Positions 9,942 to 20,035 are shown, counted from the first letter of the stretch. The stretch is DNA of 23,190 bases from Escherichia coli (GCF_003334815.1 NZ_QOWO01000050.1), one strand, 5' to 3'. Notes: a model not told the origin generated them from the letters alone. Program-made: numbers and translations.

Positions 9942-10820
9942 ATGAAACTGGGATTTATTGGCTTAGGCATTATGGGTACACCGATGGCCATTAATCTGGC
10001 GCGTGCCGGTCATCAATTACATGTCACGACCATTGGACCGGTTGCTGATGAATTACTGTCACTGGGTGCCGTCAGTGTTGAAACTGCTCGCCAGGTAACG
10101 GAAGCATCGGACATCATTTTTATTATGGTGCCGGACACACCTCAGGTTGAAGAAGTTCTGTTCGGTGAAAATGGTTGTACCAAAGCCTCGCTGAAGGGCA
10201 AAACCATTGTTGATATGAGCTCCATTTCCCCGATTGAAACTAAGCGTTTCGCTCGTCAGGTGAATGAACTGGGCGGCGATTATCTCGATGCGCCAGTCTC
10301 CGGCGGTGAAATCGGTGCGCGTGAAGGGACGTTGTCGATTATGGTTGGCGGTGATGAAGCGGTATTTGAACGTGTTAAACCGCTGTTTGAACTGCTCGGT
10401 AAAAATATCACCCTCGTGGGCGGTAACGGCGATGGTCAAACCTGCAAAGTGGCAAATCAGATTATCGTGGCGCTCAATATTGAAGCGGTTTCTGAAGCCC
10501 TGCTATTTGCTTCAAAAGCCGGTGCGGACCCGGTACGTGTGCGCCAGGCGCTGATGGGCGGCTTTGCTTCCTCACGTATTCTGGAAGTTCATGGCGAGCG
10601 TATGATTAAACGCACCTTTAATCCGGGCTTCAAAATCGCTCTGCACCAGAAAGATCTCAACCTGGCACTGCAAAGTGCGAAAGCACTTGCGCTGAACCTG
10701 CCAAACACTGCGACCTGCCAGGAGTTATTTAATACCTGTGCGGCAAACGGTGGCAGCCAGTTGGATCACTCTGCGTTAGTGCAGGCGCTGGAATTAATGG
10801 CTAACCATAAACTGGCCTGA
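9942..10820 (+). CDS. glxR: Tartronate semialdehyde reductase (NAD-dependent 3-hydroxyacid dehydrogenase family)
   Basis: 292-aa ORF with an N-terminal Rossmann motif GFIGLGIMGTPMA; RBS AAGAGG; matches GlxR. Confidence 0.9.
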   Translation: MKLGFIGLGIMGTPMAINLARAGHQLHVTTIGPVADELLSLGAVSVETARQVTEASDIIFIMVPDTPQVEEVLFGENGCTKASLKGKTIVDMSSISPIETKRFARQVNELGGDYLDAPVSGGEIGAREGTLSIMVGGDEAVFERVKPLFELLGKNITLVGGNGDGQTCKVANQIIVALNIEAVSEALLFASKAGADPVRVRQALMGGFASSRILEVHGERMIKRTFNPGFKIALHQKDLNLALQSAKALALNLPNTATCQELFNTCAANGGSQLDHSALVQALELMANHKLA

Positions 10821-10988
10821 TACCCGCAATAAAAATGGCCGATATCAGAAAATGAATCGGCCAGCAATATTAAAAAAGAAAGCAGCCAAAGATGTTGCTT
10901 CAGTATTAAAAATAATATTTTTATTTTATTTGTTCCTCATAGCTAGATTAAAACAACGTTATTCGATACGTGAAATTAAGAGGGATTT

Positions 10989-12443
10989 ATGGAACATCAG
11001 AGAAAACTATTCCAGCAACGCGGCTATAGCGAAGATCTATTGCCGAAAACGCAAAGCCAGCGGACCTGGAAAACATTTAACTATTTTACCTTATGGATGG
11101 GTTCGGTTCATAACGTTCCCAATTATGTGATGGTCGGCGGCTTTTTTATTCTCGGCTTGTCTACCTTTAGTATTATGCTGGCAATTATCCTCAGCGCCTT
11201 TTTCATTGCCGCGGTAATGGTATTAAACGGTGCTGCGGGCAGTAAATACGGTGTGCCTTTTGCCATGATCCTGCGTGCTTCTTACGGTGTACGTGGTGCA
11301 CTGTTTCCCGGATTATTAAGGGGCGGAATTGCCGCCATCATGTGGTTTGGTTTGCAATGTTACGCGGGGTCACTGGCCTGCTTGATTCTGATTGGCAAAA
11401 TCTGGCCGGGATTTTTAACTCTCGGTGGTGATTTCACTCTGTTAGGCCTTTCTCTACCGGGCTTAATTACTTTCTTAATCTTCTGGCTGGTCAACGTTGG
11501 TATAGGTTTTGGCGGTGGCAAAGTTTTAAATAAATTCACTGCCATTCTTAACCCGTGCATCTATATCGTTTTCGGCGGTATGGCGATTTGGGCGATTTCA
11601 CTGGTCGGGATCGGTCCAATCTTTGACTACATTCCGAGCGGTATTCAGAAAGCAGAAAACGGTGGCTTCCTGTTCCTGGTGGTGATTAACGCGGTAGTTG
11701 CGGTCTGGGCGGCACCGGCGGTGAGCGCATCCGACTTTACGCAAAACGCCCACTCGTTTCGTGAGCAGGCGCTGGGGCAAACGCTGGGTTTAGTTGTGGC
11801 CTATATTCTGTTTGCGGTCGCCGGGGTATGTATTATTGCCGGAGCCAGTATTCACTACGGCGCTGATACCTGGAACGTGCTGGATATTGTTCAGCGTTGG
11901 GACAGCCTGTTCGCCTCGTTCTTTGCGGTACTGGTTATTCTGATGACAACTATCTCCACTAACGCGACCGGTAATATTATTCCAGCCGGTTATCAGATTG
12001 CCGCCATTGCACCGACAAAACTGACCTATAAAAACGGCGTACTGATTGCCAGTATTATCAGCTTGCTGATCTGCCCGTGGAAATTAATGGAAAATCAGGA
12101 CAGCATTTATCTTTTCCTCGATATTATCGGCGGAATGCTTGGTCCGGTAATTGGTGTCATGATGGCGCATTATTTTGTGGTGATGCGCGGACAAATTAAT
12201 CTTGATGAACTGTATACCGCACCTGGCGATTATAAATATTACGATAACGGTTTTAACCTCACTGCGTTTTCAGTAACTCTGGTGGCCGTTATTTTATCTC
12301 TTGGCGGTAAGTTTATTCACTTTATGGAACCGTTATCGCGTGTTTCATGGTTTGTCGGCGTCATCGTCGCCTTTGCGGCCTACGCCTTATTAAAGAAACG
12401 TACAACAGCAGAAAAAACAGGAGAGCAAAAAACCATAGGTTAA
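10989..12443 (+). CDS. ybbW: Allantoin permease, NCS1 family transporter
   Basis: 484-aa highly hydrophobic ORF with multiple predicted transmembrane segments; RBS AAGAGGG; matches YbbW/AllP in length and context. Confidence 0.88.
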   Translation: MEHQRKLFQQRGYSEDLLPKTQSQRTWKTFNYFTLWMGSVHNVPNYVMVGGFFILGLSTFSIMLAIILSAFFIAAVMVLNGAAGSKYGVPFAMILRASYGVRGALFPGLLRGGIAAIMWFGLQCYAGSLACLILIGKIWPGFLTLGGDFTLLGLSLPGLITFLIFWLVNVGIGFGGGKVLNKFTAILNPCIYIVFGGMAIWAISLVGIGPIFDYIPSGIQKAENGGFLFLVVINAVVAVWAAPAVSASDFTQNAHSFREQALGQTLGLVVAYILFAVAGVCIIAGASIHYGADTWNVLDIVQRWDSLFASFFAVLVILMTTISTNATGNIIPAGYQIAAIAPTKLTYKNGVLIASIISLLICPWKLMENQDSIYLFLDIIGGMLGPVIGVMMAHYFVVMRGQINLDELYTAPGDYKYYDNGFNLTAFSVTLVAVILSLGGKFIHFMEPLSRVSWFVGVIVAFAAYALLKKRTTAEKTGEQKTIG

Positions 12444-12502
12444 TTAATCCCGATATTGAACATTGAGTTAAAAACCAATCTGTATTTTACAAGGAGTTTG
12501 TT

Positions 12503-13864
12503 ATGTCTTTTGATTTAATCATTAAAAACGGCACCGTTATTTTAGAAAACGAAGCTCGCGTTGTAGATATCGCCGTTAAAGGCGGAAAAATTGCTGCTAT
12601 CGGTCAGGATCTGGGCGATGCAAAAGAAGTTATGGATGCGTCTGGTCTGGTGGTTTCGCCGGGCATGGTTGATGCGCACACCCATATTTCTGAACCGGGT
12701 CGTAGCCACTGGGAAGGTTATGAAACCGGTACTCGCGCAGCGGCAAAAGGTGGTATCACCACCATGATCGAAATGCCGCTCAACCAGCTGCCTGCAACGG
12801 TTGACCGCGCTTCAATTGAACTGAAGTTCGATGCCGCTAAAGGCAAGCTGACTATTGATGCGGCACAACTCGGTGGCCTGGTGTCTTACAACATCGACCG
12901 TCTGCATGAGCTGGATGAAGTGGGCGTTGTCGGCTTCAAATGCTTCGTTGCGACCTGTGGCGATCGCGGTATCGACAACGACTTCCGTGATGTAAACGAC
13001 TGGCAGTTCTTCAAAGGTGCGCAGAAGCTGGGCGAACTGGGTCAGCCGGTGCTGGTGCACTGCGAAAACGCGCTGATTTGTGACGAACTGGGCGAAGAAG
13101 CGAAGCGTGAAGGTCGCGTAACCGCTCATGACTATGTGGCTTCGCGTCCGGTATTTACCGAAGTGGAAGCAATTCGCCGCGTACTGTATCTGGCGAAAGT
13201 TGCTGGTTGCCGTCTGCACGTTTGCCACGTCAGCAGCCCGGAAGGTGTTGAGGAAGTGACTCGTGCACGTCAGGAAGGTCAGGACGTTACTTGTGAATCC
13301 TGCCCGCATTACTTTGTACTGGATACCGATCAGTTCGAAGAAATCGGTACTCTGGCGAAGTGTTCACCGCCGATCCGCGATCTGGAAAACCAGAAAGGCA
13401 TGTGGGAAAAACTGTTTAACGGTGAAATCGACTGCCTGGTTTCCGACCACTCTCCATGCCCGCCGGAAATGAAAGCCGGTAACATCATGAAAGCATGGGG
13501 CGGTATCGCCGGTCTGCAAAGCTGCATGGACGTGATGTTCGATGAAGCGGTACAGAAACGCGGTATGTCTCTGCCAATGTTCGGCAAATTAATGGCGACT
13601 AACGCAGCAGATATTTTCGGTCTGCAGCAAAAAGGCCGTATCGCCCCAGGAAAAGATGCCGACTTCGTCTTCATTCAGCCGAATAGCAGCTATGTTCTTA
13701 CCAATGACGATCTGGAATATCGCCACAAAGTCAGCCCGTATGTTGGCCGTACCATTGGCGCGCGTATCACGAAAACCATCTTACGTGGTGATGTGATTTA
13801 CGACATTGAACAGGGCTTCCCTGTTGCGCCGAAAGGTCAATTTATCCTTAAACATCAGCAGTAA
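12503..13864 (+). CDS. allB: Allantoinase (cyclic amidohydrolase)
   Basis: 453-aa ORF with the amidohydrolase metal-binding motif DAHTH near the N-terminus; RBS AAGGAG. Confidence 0.92.
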   Translation: MSFDLIIKNGTVILENEARVVDIAVKGGKIAAIGQDLGDAKEVMDASGLVVSPGMVDAHTHISEPGRSHWEGYETGTRAAAKGGITTMIEMPLNQLPATVDRASIELKFDAAKGKLTIDAAQLGGLVSYNIDRLHELDEVGVVGFKCFVATCGDRGIDNDFRDVNDWQFFKGAQKLGELGQPVLVHCENALICDELGEEAKREGRVTAHDYVASRPVFTEVEAIRRVLYLAKVAGCRLHVCHVSSPEGVEEVTRARQEGQDVTCESCPHYFVLDTDQFEEIGTLAKCSPPIRDLENQKGMWEKLFNGEIDCLVSDHSPCPPEMKAGNIMKAWGGIAGLQSCMDVMFDEAVQKRGMSLPMFGKLMATNAADIFGLQQKGRIAPGKDADFVFIQPNSSYVLTNDDLEYRHKVSPYVGRTIGARITKTILRGDVIYDIEQGFPVAPKGQFILKHQQ

Positions 13865-13920
13865 TCTGGCCCCTGCAATGCCCGTCCTTGCGGCGGGCAT
13901 TCTCCGGTTAAGGTGTGTTT

Positions 13921-15222
13921 ATGTTCAATTTTGCAGTCAGCCGCGAAAGCCTGTTATCAGGATTTCAGTGGTTTTTCTTTATTTTTTGCAACACGGTTGT
14001 GGTTCCTCCTACGCTACTTTCTGCTTTTCAGTTGCCGCAAAGTAGCCTGCTTACGCTCACGCAATATGCTTTTCTTGCTACCGCACTGGCCTGCTTCGCT
14101 CAGGCGTTTTGCGGTCATCGTCGCGCTATTATGGAAGGGCCAGGTGGCCTGTGGTGGGGAACCATCCTTACTATCACCCTTGGTGAAGCATCGCGCGGGA
14201 CACCGATCAACGATATCGCCACCAGCCTGGCAGTGGGGATTGCACTCTCCGGCGTGCTGACGATGTTGATTGGTTTTAGCGGATTAGGCCATCGCCTGGC
14301 ACGGTTATTTACGCCGTCGGTGATGGTCTTGTTTATGTTGATGCTGGGCGCGCAGCTGACCACTATCTTTTTCAAAGGTATGCTCGGGCTGCCGTTTGGC
14401 ATAGCCGACCCGAATTTTAAAATTCAGTTACCGCCGTTCGCGCTCTCGGTGGCGGTGATGTGCCTGGTACTGGCGATGATTATCTTCCTGCCGCAACGTT
14501 TTGCCCGTTATGGCCTGCTGGTCGGCACCATAACCGGCTGGTTGTTGTGGTACTTTTGCTTTCCTTCTTCGCACTCGCTCTCCGGTGAGTTGCACTGGCA
14601 GTGGTTCCCGCTCGGCAGTGGCGGTGCTTTGTCGCCGGGAATTATTCTGACGGCGGTGATTACAGGTCTGGTAAATATCAGCAATACCTACGGTGCGATT
14701 CGGGGCACGGATGTTTTTTATCCGCAGCAGGGCGCAGGGAATACGCGTTATCGTCGTAGCTTTGTGGCGACCGGATTTATGACGCTGATAACCGTACCGC
14801 TGGCGGTAATTCCATTTTCACCGTTTGTTTCATCCATTGGTTTATTAACCCAGACTGGCGATTACACGCGGCGTTCGTTTATTTATGGCAGCGTTATTTG
14901 CCTGCTGGTGGCGCTGGTTCCTGCACTCACGCGACTGTTTTGCAGTATCCCTTTACCCGTGAGTAGTGCGGTCATGCTGGTTTCTTATCTGCCTTTACTC
15001 TTTTCCGCGCTGGTGTTTAGCCAGCAAATAACGTTTACCGCTCGCAATATTTATCGACTCGCATTGCCGTTATTTGTCGGCATATTTTTAATGGCATTAC
15101 CGCCTGTGTATCTGCAAGACCTTCCATTAACGCTTCGTCCTCTGCTCAGTAACGGCTTATTGGTCGGGATTTTACTGGCTGTTCTTATGGATAACCTTAT
15201 TCCGTGGGAACGCATCGAATAA
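13921..15222 (+). CDS. ybbY: Predicted nucleobase/purine-type permease of unknown substrate
   Basis: Track ORF starts at GTG 13915, but the ATG at 13921 (MFNFAVSRESLL...) with upstream AAGGTG gives 433 aa. Polytopic membrane protein by hydrophobicity. Confidence 0.85.
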   Translation: MFNFAVSRESLLSGFQWFFFIFCNTVVVPPTLLSAFQLPQSSLLTLTQYAFLATALACFAQAFCGHRRAIMEGPGGLWWGTILTITLGEASRGTPINDIATSLAVGIALSGVLTMLIGFSGLGHRLARLFTPSVMVLFMLMLGAQLTTIFFKGMLGLPFGIADPNFKIQLPPFALSVAVMCLVLAMIIFLPQRFARYGLLVGTITGWLLWYFCFPSSHSLSGELHWQWFPLGSGGALSPGIILTAVITGLVNISNTYGAIRGTDVFYPQQGAGNTRYRRSFVATGFMTLITVPLAVIPFSPFVSSIGLLTQTGDYTRRSFIYGSVICLLVALVPALTRLFCSIPLPVSSAVMLVSYLPLLFSALVFSQQITFTARNIYRLALPLFVGIFLMALPPVYLQDLPLTLRPLLSNGLLVGILLAVLMDNLIPWERIE

Positions 15223-15243
15223 TTTGTTGAAAAAGGATTGATA

Positions 15244-16389
15244 ATGAAGATTGTCATTGCGCCAGACTCTTTTAAAGAGAGCTTAAGTGCAGAAAAATGT
15301 TGTCAGGCAATTAAAGCCGGGTTTTCGACCCTCTTTCCCGATGCGAACTATATCTGTTTGCCGATAGCGGATGGCGGCGAAGGGACGGTGGATGCGATGG
15401 TCGCCGCGACGGGCGGCAACATCGTGACGCTTGAAGTCTGCGGGCCGATGGGCGAAAAAGTGAATGCTTTTTATGGCCTTACCGGCGACGGGAAAACGGC
15501 GGTGATTGAGATGGCGGCAGCAAGTGGCCTGATGCTGGTCGCGCCTGAAAAGCGTAATCCGTTGCTGGCCTCCAGTTTTGGTACGGGGGAGTTAATTCGT
15601 CATGCGCTGGATAACGACATTCGCCATATTATTCTCGGCATTGGCGGCAGTGCGACGGTCGACGGCGGTATGGGCATGGCGCAGGCGCTCGGTGTGCGTT
15701 TCCTTGATGCCGACGGTCAGGCGCTGGCGGCAAACGGTGGTAATTTAGCGCGCGTGGCAAGCATTGAGATGGATGAATGCGATCCGCGTCTGGCGAATTG
15801 CCATATTGAAGTAGCATGTGACGTTGATAACCCGCTGGTAGGGGCACGCGGCGCGGCGGCGGTGTTTGGCCCGCAAAAAGGGGCAACGCCGGAGATGGTC
15901 GAAGAACTTGAACAGGGGCTGCAAAATTACGCCCGTGTTTTACAACAGCAAACTGAAATTAATGTCTGCCAGATGGCGGGCGGCGGCGCTGCGGGCGGTA
16001 TGGGTATTGCGGCGGCGGTATTTCTCAATGCGGATATTAAACCGGGCATTGAAATTGTGTTGAATGCGGTCAATCTTGCGCAGGCAGTGCAGGGCGCAGC
16101 ACTGGTGATTACCGGGGAAGGGCGCATCGACTCGCAAACGGCAGGCGGTAAAGCGCCGCTGGGTGTGGCGTCGGTGGCGAAGCAGTTTAATGTACCGGTG
16201 ATTGGGATTGCTGGCGTATTGGGTGATGGCGTGGAAGTGGTGCACCAGTACGGCATTGACGCGGTATTCAGCATTTTGCCTCGTCTGGCACCTTTAGCCG
16301 AAGTGCTCGCCAGCGGTGAAACCAATCTCTTCAACAGCGCGCGAAATATTGCCTGCGCCATTAAAATAGGTCAGGGAATTAAAAACTAA
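15244..16389 (+). CDS. glxK: Glycerate 2-kinase
   Basis: Track ORF starts at TTG 15238; the ATG at 15244 ([14 protein letters not shown]...) with RBS AAGGA gives 381 aa; matches the glycerate kinase family. Confidence 0.9.
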
Positions 16390-16407
16390 CCCTTACCTTT
16401 AAAGCGG

Positions 16408-16539
16408 ATGCGATTTATATCGCATAAGAGTGCAGTACTCATGCCGGATGCGGCATGAGTACCATATCCTTCCTGAAAATCGCGCAAATTCTATATATTG
16501 CAGAGATCATGTAGGCCTGATAAGCGAAGCGCATCAGGC
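16408..16539. repeat. Cluster of REP/BIME-like palindromic units in the glxK-allE convergent intergenic region
   Basis: Three palindromes by eye: ATGCGAT-TTAT-ATCGCAT (about 16408-16425); a perfect 12-bp stem GTACTCATGCCG-GATG-CGGCATGAGTAC (about 16435-16462) containing the REP-like core GCCGGATGCGGC; and GTAGGCCTGATAAGCGAAGCGCATCAGGC (16511-16539), a classical REP consensus in reverse orientation. Confidence 0.6.
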
Positions 16540-16547
16540 AATGTTAC

Positions 16548-16574
16548 AAAAAAAGCCACGGTATAAACCGTGGC
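16548..16574 (-). terminator. Rho-independent terminator for the allE-allC-allD transcript (minus strand)
   Basis: On the minus strand, hairpin GCCACGG-TTTATA-CCGTGGC is followed by seven T (plus strand shows AAAAAAA then the stem). It lies ~45 nt downstream of the allE stop. Confidence 0.6.
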
Positions 16575-16616
16575 AAAATCCAACATAGCTAAAAATAATC
16601 AGGCGAGTGGTATGAC

Positions 16617-17402
16617 TTAAATCTCTACGTCGCGGTTACAATCTTTCGAGTAAATATAGCTGAACGCTTCACCACGCCCTACACCATAACCAGCCTGTAA
16701 AGAATAAGCGCCCATAAAGATGTAATCGCCTTTTTTCACCGGGATCCAGTTATTGTCGAGGTTATAAACCCCCTGACCGGAAAGAATATAGGCACCGTGT
16801 TCCTGAACGTGTGTTTCGATATAACCGTGGCTGGCACCTGGTGCAAAAGAGAGGATATGCATGTTCATATCAAAACCTAACTCTTTGGGCAGAAAATCCA
16901 GCAGAATAACATCGTCCATGCCTTCATAATGAATGCGTTCCAGTTCGCTGGCATTGCCAGAAACCAGCCACGGTGCATAGCCTTCTACCGGAACATAGCG
17001 GCGCTTATATAAAAAGATTTGGCTGTCTTCGGCCTGGGCGTTAACAAACGTCATTAAGGAGCCTGGCGGGCAATAAAGATAGCCACCTTCGCTTAAGGCA
17101 AATGTTTTGCCTTCGGCTTTGGCAGTGATATTTCCAGAGATCACATACAGGAACGTTTCAATGCCTTCGCCACCGAAGCCCTGTTGGTTGCCACCGTTTT
17201 GATGCAGTGTGACCAGATAATCAACAAAAGAGGCACCCAGCTTTGGCGTGGAGAGGATTGTCGCGTCACAATTTTCAAAGCCCGGAATAATATTTTTTAC
17301 CAGACCATCCGGGGTTAACAGTGCGAAATTACCGTGTTTAACAATCGCACGGTTAGCCAGTAAATCTTCGCGGTAACCGGTGACGTTATTTAAATATCCC
17401 AT
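16617..17402 (-). CDS. allE: (S)-ureidoglycine aminohydrolase (bicupin)
   Basis: 261-aa ORF with ATG at 17400-17402; sequence matches YlbA/AllE; operon with allC and allD. Confidence 0.88.
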   Translation of the reverse strand: MGYLNNVTGYREDLLANRAIVKHGNFALLTPDGLVKNIIPGFENCDATILSTPKLGASFVDYLVTLHQNGGNQQGFGGEGIETFLYVISGNITAKAEGKTFALSEGGYLYCPPGSLMTFVNAQAEDSQIFLYKRRYVPVEGYAPWLVSGNASELERIHYEGMDDVILLDFLPKELGFDMNMHILSFAPGASHGYIETHVQEHGAYILSGQGVYNLDNNWIPVKKGDYIFMGAYSLQAGYGVGRGEAFSYIYSKDCNRDVEI

Positions 17403-17412
17403 TTATGACTCC

Positions 17413-18648
17413 TTATTTCTGCCAGGCAAGTTGATAAAGCATGAGTGCCAACGTTTTGACCCCTTCGGCAAGGTCGGTAATATTGGTGCGTTCCGCCGGG
17501 TTATGGCTGATCCCGTTGATGCTGGGGATAAAAATCATGCAGGTTGGTACGCGAGGCGCGAAAATTTGCGCGTCGTGCCCGGCATCACTGTGCATCACCC
17601 GGTAATTCAGTTTTTCTCTTTCACACAATTCTGTCAGGGTGGCGACCAGCTCCTTATTCATCGGCACGGGTTCTTCGTCCATCCATAAATCGATATCAAT
17701 ACCAATGTCCATTTCATCGCAAATCGCCCGCATGTCGTTTTCTAACTGTTGGGTGAAATCGCGCAGCACGGCAGCGTCGGTATGACGACAATCAATGGTG
17801 AACGTGGTTTTACCCGGCACCACATTTACCGTATTCGGGCGCGGCTCTACTTTGCCAAAGGTCAGAACCAGCGGATCGCCCATCCTTTTCGCTTTTTCGA
17901 CCGACTGATGGCAAATGCGACTGAAAGCGTAAACTGTATCACGACGATAACCCATCGGCGTGGTGCCTGCATGGTTTGATTCGCCGTTCAGCGTTACCGT
18001 ATAACGACGCTGCCCGACAATTGCATTCACCACGCCAATTGATTGCCCATTACTTTCCAGCACACAGCCCTGTTCAATATGCAGTTCAACAAAGGCTTTA
18101 ATATCCTGACGCGGAGTTAGTGGGGCGTTCGGAAGAGTAAATCCGCAAGCCTTCATCGCATCGACAAAACTATTTCCTTTGGCATCACAGATATTCCGCA
18201 CGTCGTCAGGATTCGCCAGCCCAAAAATATTTTTACTGCCCCAGAAGACATACGGGAAGCGGCTGCCTTCTTCTTCTGCCATCGCCACCACTTCGACCGT
18301 ACGTAGCGGCGCGCCGTATTGCGTTTTCAGCCAGTCAATTGCCAGCCACGCCGCCAGCGCGCCGAATTGCCCGTCAAGGTTACCGCCGTTAACCACGGTA
18401 TCGATATGCGAACCGCTCAGAACCACTTCCTGTGGATATTCGGTGCCATTCAGGCGACCGTATAAATTCCCCACTTCATCGAAACGTGTTTCCAGCCCGC
18501 TTGCTGCCATTCTTTTTTTAAATTGCTGCTGGGTTTCCAGCCATTCCGGCGAATAAAGTAAACGGGTCATCCCACCCGCTGGGTCAGCGCCAAAAGAGGA
18601 AAGCCAGGGCAGCGTTTCTTCTATAGCTTGACGGAAATGTGTAATCAT
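17413..18648 (-). CDS. allC: Allantoate amidohydrolase (M20 peptidase family)
   Basis: Track ORF extends to an upstream alternative start at 18666; the internal ATG giving MITHFRQAIEETLPWL... yields 411 aa. 10-nt gap to allE. Confidence 0.9.
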   Translation of the reverse strand: MITHFRQAIEETLPWLSSFGADPAGGMTRLLYSPEWLETQQQFKKRMAASGLETRFDEVGNLYGRLNGTEYPQEVVLSGSHIDTVVNGGNLDGQFGALAAWLAIDWLKTQYGAPLRTVEVVAMAEEEGSRFPYVFWGSKNIFGLANPDDVRNICDAKGNSFVDAMKACGFTLPNAPLTPRQDIKAFVELHIEQGCVLESNGQSIGVVNAIVGQRRYTVTLNGESNHAGTTPMGYRRDTVYAFSRICHQSVEKAKRMGDPLVLTFGKVEPRPNTVNVVPGKTTFTIDCRHTDAAVLRDFTQQLENDMRAICDEMDIGIDIDLWMDEEPVPMNKELVATLTELCEREKLNYRVMHSDAGHDAQIFAPRVPTCMIFIPSINGISHNPAERTNITDLAEGVKTLALMLYQLAWQK

Positions 18649-18669
18649 AAGAAAGTCCTGTCTCAATAA

Positions 18670-19719
18670 TTATTGCGCAAAGGGATTTTTCGTTTCGTAT
18701 GACGTGTTATAAAGCGCGTCGGAAATTAAATACTGGTAAATATCATCAACAATTTCGATGCCTTCGACGGCGGCTTTGCGTTGTTTAATATCCTGATCCT
18801 GTCCGGGATAATAAACCTGATTAAAACCGGGCGCGGGGGTAATGGCATTTAATTCGCGCATGGTCTGGCTAAGATGTTGACGGAATAATTCGCTGGAGGA
18901 GAAAAAGTTCGGATTAATAACTATATGTAATTGCCCCAAATTACGCCCTGCGTGTAAATCGTCATACATCGAACTAACCTGTCGCCCGAACGGTAAGCCG
19001 AGTAAGACGCCTGAGAGGACGTCAATCATCATCATCAGGCCATACCCTTTTGGCCCGGCGGCGGGGAGCAGAGCATGTACCGCGAACGGATCGGTTGTTG
19101 GTACACCGTTTTTATCGACCGCCCAGGTATCCGGGATAGACATATTACGCGAGCGGGCGTCGAGCACTTTTCCCCATGCCTGTACGGTAGTCGCCATATC
19201 AAAGGTAAGGATCTCGTCGCCTTCTCCCGGCGCGGCAAAGGCCAGGGGGTTAGTACCGTAGTAAATTTCCGCGCCGCCAAACGGCACCACCATTGGATCG
19301 GACTGGCACATCGAAATGCCAATGAATCCGGCGCGGGCTGCCTGCTGCACAAAATAAGAGATTGCGCCGCTGTGACCCATCCGGCTGATACCGACCACCG
19401 CAACGCCATTTTGCTGGGCGGTTTTGATGGCATGTTCCATACCCATTTTCGCCGCGACCTGTCCGGCGGCATTGTCGGCATGTAAAATTGCCGAGCACGG
19501 CCCGGTTTCCTCAAGACGAAACTCCGGTTCGCGGTTGGTGCCGCCTTTTGAAATGCGTTCCGCGTAGTATTCCACGCGCACCGCGCCATGAGAGTGGATC
19601 CCTCTGGCATCGGCGTAAACCAATACTTCAGCCACGGTTGCAGCGTGCTCACGTTTTAACCCAGCCTGGCAGAGTTTATTCTCAATTAGCTGGTGGAGTG
19701 TTTCCCGACTGATTTTCAT
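18670..19719 (-). CDS. allD: Ureidoglycolate dehydrogenase (NAD-dependent, Ldh_2 family)
   Basis: 349-aa ORF with ATG at 19717-19719; matches AllD; first gene of the minus-strand allDCE operon. Confidence 0.9.
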   Translation of the reverse strand: MKISRETLHQLIENKLCQAGLKREHAATVAEVLVYADARGIHSHGAVRVEYYAERISKGGTNREPEFRLEETGPCSAILHADNAAGQVAAKMGMEHAIKTAQQNGVAVVGISRMGHSGAISYFVQQAARAGFIGISMCQSDPMVVPFGGAEIYYGTNPLAFAAPGEGDEILTFDMATTVQAWGKVLDARSRNMSIPDTWAVDKNGVPTTDPFAVHALLPAAGPKGYGLMMMIDVLSGVLLGLPFGRQVSSMYDDLHAGRNLGQLHIVINPNFFSSSELFRQHLSQTMRELNAITPAPGFNQVYYPGQDQDIKQRKAAVEGIEIVDDIYQYLISDALYNTSYETKNPFAQ

Positions 19720-19778
19720 CTGTCTTCCTTTTTAACGACGGTGTGAAGCATGACTGCAATTAACATACAGGGAAAATA

Positions 19779-19798
19779 TCTGGATTATGTGATCCAGA
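19779..19798. promoter_or_regulatory. 20-bp palindrome TCTGGAT-TATGTG-ATCCAGA upstream of allD; candidate regulator (possibly AllS) binding site
   Basis: Perfect 7-bp inverted-repeat arms with a 6-bp spacer, ~60 nt upstream of the allD start in the allD/fdrA divergent region. Assignment to AllS is inference only. Confidence 0.35.
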
Positions 19799-19932
19799 CA
19801 GGCAAGAAAATATAGTTAGAATTTATTTGATAATCCGCTCACTTTTAACCTGATTTTTAAAACAACCACGCTTATTAAAAAATAATGAGTAATAGCCTGG
19901 CGGTTATTTGAATTCTTTTGTTAATAATTCCT

Positions 19933-19948
19933 GTGTGATATTCATCAC
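19933..19948. promoter_or_regulatory. CRP-like site TGTGA-tattca-TCACc upstream of fdrA
   Basis: Matches the CRP core TGTGA-N6-TCACA at 9 of 10 core positions, ~95 nt upstream of the fdrA ATG. Confidence 0.35.
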
Positions 19949-20035
19949 CTTATTTACTCGTTGTCATCGATACCGTAATCGCCACATTAACACTGCTCGT
20001 GCAATTGCCATGGGTGCAATTTTTAAGGAGTTGTT

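Noticed and set aside
10836-10863. Hairpin TGGCCGAT-N12-ATCGGCCA after glxR
   Set aside because: 8-bp stem but no following T-run, so I did not call it a terminator; it may be a weak structural element, and ybbW is probably co-transcribed.
10852-11130. 92-aa plus-strand ORF spanning the glxR-ybbW intergenic region and the ybbW start
   Set aside because: Overlaps the ybbW start in a different frame, has a lysine-rich low-complexity translation from AT-rich promoter sequence, and no convincing RBS.
13806-14260. Overlapping 79-aa and 115-aa plus-strand ORFs at the allB-ybbY junction
   Set aside because: Alternative frames overlapping the ybbY coding frame; the ybbY frame gives a long coherent membrane protein while these do not.
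15927-16361. 144-aa and 101-aa minus-strand ORFs inside glxK, and 19035-19652 205-aa ORF inside allD
   Set aside because: Antisense or alternative frames within confidently assigned enzymes; Ala/Arg/Pro-rich translations typical of GC-rich out-of-frame reading.
18649-18666. Upstream alternative-start extension of allC (MRQDFL before MITHFRQ) and similar 2-codon extensions on ybbY (13915) and glxK (15238)
   Set aside because: These are ORF-finder artefacts of taking the most upstream alternative start; in each case an internal ATG with a better-placed Shine-Dalgarno gives the length expected for the family.
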